A model generated the notes under the pieces. That model ran no database searches. It saw only the letters and a program-made list of their open reading frames with translations, and had not been told where the DNA came from. The position numbers were made by a program, and so were the translations under genes. Shown here in pieces: positions 57,616-64,000 of a stretch of 64,000 nucleotides of DNA (the first letter of the stretch is position 1; every line of letters begins with the position of its first letter). This DNA is from Alphaproteobacteria bacterium (GTDB taxonomy: Bacteria > Pseudomonadota > Alphaproteobacteria > M2410), in contig SBHG01000016.1 of NCBI GenBank assembly GCA_006226305.1, positions 10,009-74,008 of the forward strand. Reading direction: 5' to 3'.

Positions 57616-58824
57616 CTAGTCAGTTACTTCACGGCTTGTGCGATCCCAATATCGCAATACGACATCGGCCCTATCCGTTGACAAAGTGTCGTGAATAATG
57701 GTCGCGATGTCATTTTGAACTTCGAGTTCATCCCACTCTTTATCTTTAAGATCACAAAGAATTTGCCTTAAGCGGAAGAACCTTACCCGTCCAAAGCGGC
57801 ACGCCTTGGCAAGAACCGCAACGGCTTCGCTGCCGGAATCATCAAGGATCTGAGCAACGGTTTCTTCCTTAATGCCGGCACCTTCGGACAAAATGGCGAG
57901 AACCGCTTCATGGTCTCCGCTTTGCAGGGCGTCGAGCGCCGTTTCAATGTCTTCTTTTGGCAATCGCTCGGGCTTGAGGATCATGCGAGCAGCAAAGGAC
58001 GATGGGCCGCCCTGGTCGCGCAAAGCCAGCAGAAAGTCCTCCGGGATAATTTCGCGAATCGAATCGCGCTGGCATGAAAAGCGCTCAATAATACGTTTGC
58101 GCTCCTTGGATTTGCACCACCAGAACACCAGATGGGCAATGTCAGCTGGAAAGGACTCACGTTCGATCAACAGATCGAGAATGGAGGGGTCGGTGAGGCT
58201 GCGCTGTGACAAAAGCACATAGGATTGACGAGAAATCTGGCTCGTCATATTGCCGAGCAGATGCCGCAAAGCGACCTCGCTGCCATGGGACACGATTGCC
58301 TCGCAGACAGCGGCGGAAAGATTTTCCCGTCGGGCGACAGCGACCTGATGCGCTTCGGATTTTGACTTAACTACCGCGATGAGATCCGGGTCGGGAAATT
58401 TCATCTGCGACCGCAACAGCGGCAGGGCGACCTCTTCTTCGCCAAGTAGGAGCGATTTGGTCAGGGCGGGCGGCATGGCGTGTTGCGCAATCAATCGCTC
58501 GGACAGTGCGACCAGGGCGTCCTTTGAGACGAGCTTGGTTACCCGTTCCGCCAGATCATCAATGAGCGCACGTTCCTGAGGCGGAAATTTTTCGGAAGGC
58601 TGAACCAACAAATCCGACAGCCGGGACAAAAAGAATCGGAGCTGCTCTTCCCCAGTCATATCTTTGGCTTTGACGCCCTCAATGGGTGTCGCCTGAATGC
58701 GTTCCCAGACCGTCGGCTCCTGCACAACAGGCTGAGCATTCGACCGTTTTCTGCCGAATGTTTCGCGCCGGTCCGCCGGAGAACCAAATTGTGTCAATTC
58801 ACTTTCGTGTAGAAATCGAGACAA
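57616..58824 (-). CDS. DUF2336 domain protein (paralog 3)
   Basis: 402 aa. Shared segment EVALPLLRSQMKFPDPDLI...VAVARRENL. It lies 10 nt upstream of paralog 2. Confidence 0.65.
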   Translation of the reverse strand: MSRFLHESELTQFGSPADRRETFGRKRSNAQPVVQEPTVWERIQATPIEGVKAKDMTGEEQLRFFLSRLSDLLVQPSEKFPPQERALIDDLAERVTKLVSKDALVALSERLIAQHAMPPALTKSLLLGEEEVALPLLRSQMKFPDPDLIAVVKSKSEAHQVAVARRENLSAAVCEAIVSHGSEVALRHLLGNMTSQISRQSYVLLSQRSLTDPSILDLLIERESFPADIAHLVFWWCKSKERKRIIERFSCQRDSIREIIPEDFLLALRDQGGPSSFAARMILKPERLPKEDIETALDALQSGDHEAVLAILSEGAGIKEETVAQILDDSGSEAVAVLAKACRFGRVRFFRLRQILCDLKDKEWDELEVQNDIATIIHDTLSTDRADVVLRYWDRTSREVTD

Positions 58825-59084
58825 TGCGTGCCTCTTTCTTTGCTAATTTTCCCAATTACCCGGCGCCCTTCCCTTCGCCACCTCTCTTTATGGCAGGATT
58901 TGGTTATTTTTGGCTTGATGGGCTCTGCCCAATTTTATGGATTTCGGCTATGCCGGCCGGTGGCCTACCCTCTAATTTTGGGCCAGAAACCAGCGGTTTT
59001 GGGGTGAAATTACAGATCAATTTCGATAAGGTCGTTAACGCTTGGTTAGTGGCCTTTAACGGCTGTTTGAGTTTGGAGACAGAT

Positions 59085-59387
59085 ATGCGACGCCCCCTCA
59101 CCTATTTTGGACTGTTTGCCTTGATGGTTTTAGGCATGGGGGGCTGCGTGAAACCCATTGATCCGGCGATCCTGGAATCTCCAGCCTATAGCGAAGGCTA
59201 TTCCCACGGCTGCTCAACCGCCCACGAAAGACAGAACGGATTTGCCTCACCGATCGTGCGGGACGAAGTTCTGTTTGAAACCGATGAAGCTTATCGGATC
59301 GGCTGGAAGCAGGGTTTTGGGGCTTGTGGCGGAACCTCCGCCGACCCCCGTCATTATAACGAAGACCAGTGGTACTCTAACGACTAA
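59085..59387 (+). CDS. Small hypothetical lipoprotein with four Cys residues
   Basis: ATG at 59085 preceded by GGAGA. Signal peptide with lipobox (LGMGGC). The 233-aa track ORF starting at 58686 is an unlikely 5' extension. Confidence 0.5.
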   Translation: MRRPLTYFGLFALMVLGMGGCVKPIDPAILESPAYSEGYSHGCSTAHERQNGFASPIVRDEVLFETDEAYRIGWKQGFGACGGTSADPRHYNEDQWYSND

Positions 59388-61864
59388 GAACCGAGGTCTT
59401 CTCGGCGCGCGATCAAACGTTCTGCAACCTTGCTTTCAATCTGAGCTTTGAGCTCAGGAAGATTGCGAATAAGGCGCTGAAAATCATTGCGATCGAGAAC
59501 CAACAAGTGGCAATAGCCATCAACAATGACGTCCGCATTGCGCGGTTGGTCTGTAATGAGCGCCATCTCACCAACAAAATCACCCTTGGTGAGCTTGACC
59601 GGGTGCCCAGGCAGATGCACCTGCACTGCCCCAGAGGCGATGAAGAACATCTTGCGACCTTTCTTGCCTTTCGCGATGAGCCGTTCCCCAGGCAAGCCTA
59701 GGCGTGGGCGCAGTTGCCGCGCCACCTTTGACAAGGTTTCCTCGTCAAGCTCGGAAAAGGCCGGCACTGTCGCCAGCATGCGTGAGAGCTCCAGCCCAAG
59801 ATTGAGCGAAGGGCGCACTTCGAGCGCTTTATGGCGCGCGCGGCGCTCGCGTTCCAGCTCTTCGTAAACTTCGGGCGAAATGACCGACTGGGCGAGTTGG
59901 CGATGATACTGGTTTTCTTCAAAACCAAGAGCGGCCCGGTCGAGATATCGTTGATAAAGCGCGTGAGCAAAATCGGGAAATTGCAGCTCGACTGCCTCCA
60001 AGGCACCAATCAAGGATTCCAAACGGGAATCCAGCGCCTGACAAATTTCCTGAACCGGATCATTGCCGATAAGCTCCTGGATCGTCGAATTGGAAAAATT
60101 CAACAACTCCCTGATGGCGATTTCTTCCATAAGCAGCGCCTCAAACCGCTCCGCCAGTAAGCGGGACAGATCCATTTCAACACCAAAGCGGCGCTGCACC
60201 CACAGGGCAAACCGCAACGGCCAGCGCCAGCGTAGACCTGCAATCGCTGCCTTCTGATAGCCCTCTATCCCGTCTGACATGGCGCCATCAATCATCCGCC
60301 CTGAATGGGCAATCAGAATTTGCAGAATTCGCCGACTGACCAACCCTTTTTGCAGATATTCGAAATAGATCTCATTCTCTCGTGAAGCAACGGCCAGGAT
60401 TGCGACCTGCAGCCTGTCCTTGCTGCTCATTTGCGAAGGCGCGGAATCGGATTGGGCCGCTGATGGTAATACGGTCAAACCCATGGGGCGATCACCTTTG
60501 CCGAGCTCCAGCTCCTTGGCAATCTTGGCAACTTGATCACGGACCCGGCGCTGGGAAACCTCTAGCACACGCGCTTTGATGCGCTGTTCGCTGGGTGTGA
60601 GCATGTCCATTCTGAGGAAGCGCATAAGCGTGCGCAGGGTCGGTGCCTGCACCAAAAGGGTCGCCAAAACATAACCGGTGGCACTGACGAGGATAAAGCG
60701 GCCAATCTCAGTCGGAATGAGCGGGCTCTCGCTGACGGCCAAAGCCAGGGCAATCGTCACTGCGCCGCGCAAACCTCCCCAAAGGATGACTTTCTTGTAG
60801 TCGCCGGGCACGGGCTCGGCAATTCCGGTGGCGGTGAGCAACGGCATCAATCCATAAAGACCAATGAAGCGGGCCAGCAAAGTGGCAACAAAGGTCACGA
60901 GGACGATCAGGATGTCGCCGGTCTGATAGGCCAAAAAGGCCTGGGGCACAATCATCGCGGCCAGCACGAAGATGAGAGAGGTCGCCCAGAAATCCAGGAG
61001 ACGCCATGTCCCCGCTAGAAGGTCCCAGGCGCCCGGCGACAAACTGGTCCGGCCAAAACTGGCGAAGGTCATTGAGGCGCTAACCACGGCAATAACACCG
61101 GACACCCCAAAATTTGCCTCGGCCACATAGAAGGTGACATAAGCGAGCGCAACAGAAAGGGTGACTTCGGCCAGCACCGCATCGCGCATTCGAGCGATCG
61201 CCACTGTGAAAGCGCGCGCGAAGACGTACCCGATGAGACCGCCGCCAATGAGCCCCTTGAGGAAGGTAAACAGTCCCTCGCCAATTCCAGGCGAGCTGGT
61301 GCCGGCAATAATGGAGAAGAGCACAGAAAAGAAGGCAATCGCCGCCGCATCATTAAAAATGCTCTCCCCTTCTACCAGTACCAAAAGACGCTTAGGCGCT
61401 CCCAGATCGCGGAAGATGGCCAGAACCGCAGCTGAATCGGTTGTTGCGACAATGGCGCCAAGCAACAGGCAGGCAACGAGCGAGACATCTGAAACAAGGC
61501 TCACAGCCAAGCCAACGACAACCGAACAAATGAGAACCGCAACAACCGCCAATATGATAACGGGTCCGATTTCGTCTGTCAGGCGGCGCAGATCAATGCC
61601 GAGCCCCGCCGCGAAAAGCAATGGCGGCAGGAAGACATAGAGATAGCCATCCGATGGCAGGCGCAGATATTGCAGCGCGCGCAATAAATCACCGGGCACA
61701 TTGGCCGTTCCGCCGACGCTGATGAGAATGGTGCCAATCAGTATACCGAACAACGCAAGGGCCACGGTGTGCGGCAGATTAAATGCTCGGGCGACAGGCA
61801 GCAGAAGAGAAAACGCCGCCAAAAGGCAGGCTACGCCAAAGACAATGGAAGCGATGTCGGTCAT
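59384..61864 (-). CDS. CPA1-family (NhaP-type) Na+/H+ antiporter with a C-terminal cyclic-nucleotide-binding domain
   Basis: 826 aa. 10-12 TM helices with the NhaP core, a long cytoplasmic linker, and a cNMP-binding fold (..GDFVGEMALI..RNADV..). Confidence 0.85.
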   Translation of the reverse strand: MTDIASIVFGVACLLAAFSLLLPVARAFNLPHTVALALFGILIGTILISVGGTANVPGDLLRALQYLRLPSDGYLYVFLPPLLFAAGLGIDLRRLTDEIGPVIILAVVAVLICSVVVGLAVSLVSDVSLVACLLLGAIVATTDSAAVLAIFRDLGAPKRLLVLVEGESIFNDAAAIAFFSVLFSIIAGTSSPGIGEGLFTFLKGLIGGGLIGYVFARAFTVAIARMRDAVLAEVTLSVALAYVTFYVAEANFGVSGVIAVVSASMTFASFGRTSLSPGAWDLLAGTWRLLDFWATSLIFVLAAMIVPQAFLAYQTGDILIVLVTFVATLLARFIGLYGLMPLLTATGIAEPVPGDYKKVILWGGLRGAVTIALALAVSESPLIPTEIGRFILVSATGYVLATLLVQAPTLRTLMRFLRMDMLTPSEQRIKARVLEVSQRRVRDQVAKIAKELELGKGDRPMGLTVLPSAAQSDSAPSQMSSKDRLQVAILAVASRENEIYFEYLQKGLVSRRILQILIAHSGRMIDGAMSDGIEGYQKAAIAGLRWRWPLRFALWVQRRFGVEMDLSRLLAERFEALLMEEIAIRELLNFSNSTIQELIGNDPVQEICQALDSRLESLIGALEAVELQFPDFAHALYQRYLDRAALGFEENQYHRQLAQSVISPEVYEELERERRARHKALEVRPSLNLGLELSRMLATVPAFSELDEETLSKVARQLRPRLGLPGERLIAKGKKGRKMFFIASGAVQVHLPGHPVKLTKGDFVGEMALITDQPRNADVIVDGYCHLLVLDRNDFQRLIRNLPELKAQIESKVAERLIARREDLGS

Positions 61865-62002
61865 CAGCTCATTTCACCCGGGTTTTCTGACACAAAATAG
61901 CGCCGATCAGACCTCAGTCTAAACGATTCCGGCAAGACTTTCGGCTTTGTATTTCGTGGTCCAGCACCTATAACGAGAGTAGCTAGGACTTACAAAACAG
62001 GG

Positions 62003-63271
62003 ATGGGGCACTCCTTGGCTGTTGATGAAAACTCGCAGAAATCTGCGGCCAATCACAACCTTATGCCTTACTTCAGCTCCCACGCGGGCTGGTACGGGGC
62101 CTTGGGGCTGCAGATGGTCCTGTTTCCCTATCTGGCGGCGGTTTATCTCCATTTACCCGCCCGTTACATTGGTTTCGCGCAGCTGGCTCTTATGGGACCT
62201 GGTCTGCTTTTTATGCTGCCCGGAGGCACAATTGCCGACCAGATTGATGAGCGCAAACATCTCATCAGAATGCATATTTTTGCCTCCCTGCCGCCTTTTC
62301 TCATGGCCGGGTTTTTGTTCGCGGACCGGCTGACCTATGAAGTCCTGTTGATCTATGCCTTTGCGACGGGAACCTGTACGGCGATTGCCACACCGGCACG
62401 TGATGCGTTGCTCAATCATCTGGTATCAAGAGAGCAGATCCCGCGCGCGGTGGCTGGCGCCACCATCACCCAATTTGCCTCTCAGATGACAGGTATGGCC
62501 CTCGCCGGCATGGCCGGACAGCTTGGCCCAGGCCCCTTCGTCATGACCCATGGGATCTGCATGTTGTCGGGCGCTTTTTTGATTTCGCGCATAACCACGA
62601 CAAAAACAAAACCCTCTCGTCTTGGCGTTCGATCCGCCTTTACACGTCAGTTCAGAGACATCGCTGATGCCGTTCGTGAAATAGCCGCTTCAGCCGTCAT
62701 GTGGCCGGTTCTCATGAGTAATCTGGCCGTGGGCATTTGCTTTGTCGGTGTTTTTCTGGTGGTGGTGCCGGTAACGGTTCGCGACATTTACAATGGGGGG
62801 TCCGCGCAAATTACGCTCCTGAATGTAGCATTTTGGCTCGGGGCCAGCCTGTCTTCCATTTTTATAATGAGGCGCGGCGGTGTGCAGCGCCGCGGCAAGG
62901 TGATCATGGGCTGCCTTGTCTTTGGCACCGTACTGCTGGCCGCTATGGTTTTTCATATGCCCTTTGTATTCCTGATGGCTCTCATGGTTTTTTGGGGGTG
63001 TGGGGGCGGCGCCGTGCTGACCCTGGGACGGACAATCATTCAGGAAGTTGCGCCCGAAAGCCATCGCTCGCGAATTATGGCGGCCTACCAAATGGGTTTT
63101 ATGGGTGGCGGTCCTATTGGTGCCTTGGTAATTGGATTTCTGATTGATGGGTACAATGCAAAAATCGCCGTGCTGTTTCCAGCTGCCGCCATGGCCTTGT
63201 TCCTCTTGTTTATCGCCTTCGCCTCCCCTTTGTGGAAGATCGAGGCAAGGCACTGTTCACAGAGCGCATAG
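62003..63271 (+). CDS. MFS transporter
   Basis: 422 aa, 12 TM helices. MFS motif A-like loop (..PGGTIADQIDERK..). Confidence 0.8.
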   Translation: MGHSLAVDENSQKSAANHNLMPYFSSHAGWYGALGLQMVLFPYLAAVYLHLPARYIGFAQLALMGPGLLFMLPGGTIADQIDERKHLIRMHIFASLPPFLMAGFLFADRLTYEVLLIYAFATGTCTAIATPARDALLNHLVSREQIPRAVAGATITQFASQMTGMALAGMAGQLGPGPFVMTHGICMLSGAFLISRITTTKTKPSRLGVRSAFTRQFRDIADAVREIAASAVMWPVLMSNLAVGICFVGVFLVVVPVTVRDIYNGGSAQITLLNVAFWLGASLSSIFIMRRGGVQRRGKVIMGCLVFGTVLLAAMVFHMPFVFLMALMVFWGCGGGAVLTLGRTIIQEVAPESHRSRIMAAYQMGFMGGGPIGALVIGFLIDGYNAKIAVLFPAAAMALFLLFIAFASPLWKIEARHCSQSA

Positions 63272-63322
63272 GACTCACAATTAGATTTACAGCTTTTGGC
63301 GGGTCCGTAAGATGACGCCCTG

Positions 63323-64000
63323 ATGGAAAACACGCATGCCCATAATCAATACCGCTGGTATATGTCCGGCCAGGCGCTTTACTTCTTTGCCGGGGGCATC
63401 GGGTTTGTCCTGAAGCAATGGCTCATCGCCTTTTATCTGCGTGAAACACCCGAAGTTTTGGGGCTGTCGCAAATGCTGATGTCCCTGCCACAGCTGGTCT
63501 TTATTCTGATCGGCGGTTTGGCCGCAGACCGGCTGGAACTCAAAAGCCACCTTGTGCGGCTTCAGGTCATGGCCGCTGTTTCGATGTCCGTGCTGTGCCT
63601 TTTTCTGATCTCGGGAAATCTATCCGTCTGGGCGGTGGTCAGTGTTGGGGTCATGGACGCCATTATCGCGGCCTTCGCCCAGCCGGCTCGCGATTCGCTG
63701 CTTAATCGTGTGACCCAAGAGCTTCAGGACCGCACGTTGCAGCAAACCGTTACCATCGCCAATATGATCCAGTTCGGCTCACAAATTCTCGGGATGGTGT
63801 TGTTTAATCTGGTCCGCCTGGTGGGTCCTATACCCATTATTTTGATCCAGGCGGGACTTGCTTTGTCGGCAGCCTTCTCAACAACAAAACTTGACCCATC
63901 GCCAGCAGCTCATCGAGGCGAGAGTAATTTTTCCGCGATGAGGCACGACATCTGGGACGGCCTCAAGGAATCTTTCGCTTCCCCCCTTATTCGCCCCATC
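63323..64000 (+). CDS. MFS transporter (paralog of the preceding gene), 3'-truncated at the window edge
   Basis: Starts at ATG 63323. The same architecture and conserved loop (..GGLAADRLELK.., ARDSLLNRV) as the upstream MFS gene. There is no stop before position 64000. Confidence 0.7.
   Translation, partial: MENTHAHNQYRWYMSGQALYFFAGGIGFVLKQWLIAFYLRETPEVLGLSQMLMSLPQLVFILIGGLAADRLELKSHLVRLQVMAAVSMSVLCLFLISGNLSVWAVVSVGVMDAIIAAFAQPARDSLLNRVTQELQDRTLQQTVTIANMIQFGSQILGMVLFNLVRLVGPIPIILIQAGLALSAAFSTTKLDPSPAAHRGESNFSAMRHDIWDGLKESFASPLIRPI

Noticed and set aside
58686-59084. 5' extension of the small lipoprotein ORF (track ORF 58686-59387)
   Set aside because: The extension would overlap the divergent DUF2336 gene start and has no coding character. 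The internal ATG at 59085 has an RBS and a signal peptide.

Overview
This is a 64-kb chromosomal segment from a high-GC alphaproteobacterium, possibly marine. The gene content points that way: cycHJKL-type cytochrome c maturation genes, DUF2849/DUF934 flanking sulfite reductase, DUF2336, DUF1491, and several Na+/H+ antiporters. It is densely coding on both strands. I saw no rRNA, tRNA, CRISPR array, transposase, integrase or phage gene.

Genes I recognise, in order along the window:
- glnE, a 5'-partial GS adenylyltransferase on the minus strand running off the left edge
- an HU-family DNA-binding protein
- ccmI-ccmE-ccmF(/H)-degP followed by an OmpR-type response regulator and a histidine kinase, all on the minus strand
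- an Hsp70-NBD-only ATPase paired with a 470-aa unknown protein
- yihY
- two acyl-CoA dehydrogenases and an SDR oxidoreductase
- ycgN, a class A penicillin-binding protein, and an ABC-F ATPase
- a split DUF1214/DUF1254 pair
- a NitT/TauT-type ABC importer
- DUF2849 / ferredoxin-type sulfite reductase / DUF934
- gamma-glutamyltransferase and a class III aminotransferase
- a DUF2336 protein, mscS, and prfC
- a compact bcsA-bcsB-bcsC cellulose synthase operon with a convergent PAS histidine kinase
- sufE, nhaB, and a CPBP protease
- a ParA-like ATPase with an RHH/acidic partner, immediately downstream of two tandem DUF2336 paralogs
- a cNMP-gated CPA1 antiporter and two MFS transporters

The candidates I rank highest for new biology are:
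- the DUF2336x2 / ParA / RHH-acidic-partner cluster at 54.7-58.8 kb
- the Hsp70-NBD + 470-aa unknown operon at 11.0-13.9 kb, which has a perfect 14-bp palindrome in its promoter region
- an apparent in-frame CcmF-CcmH fusion
- the long structured intergenic region at 49.5-49.95 kb

All calls are by eye from the sequence and the ORF track. No searches were run.
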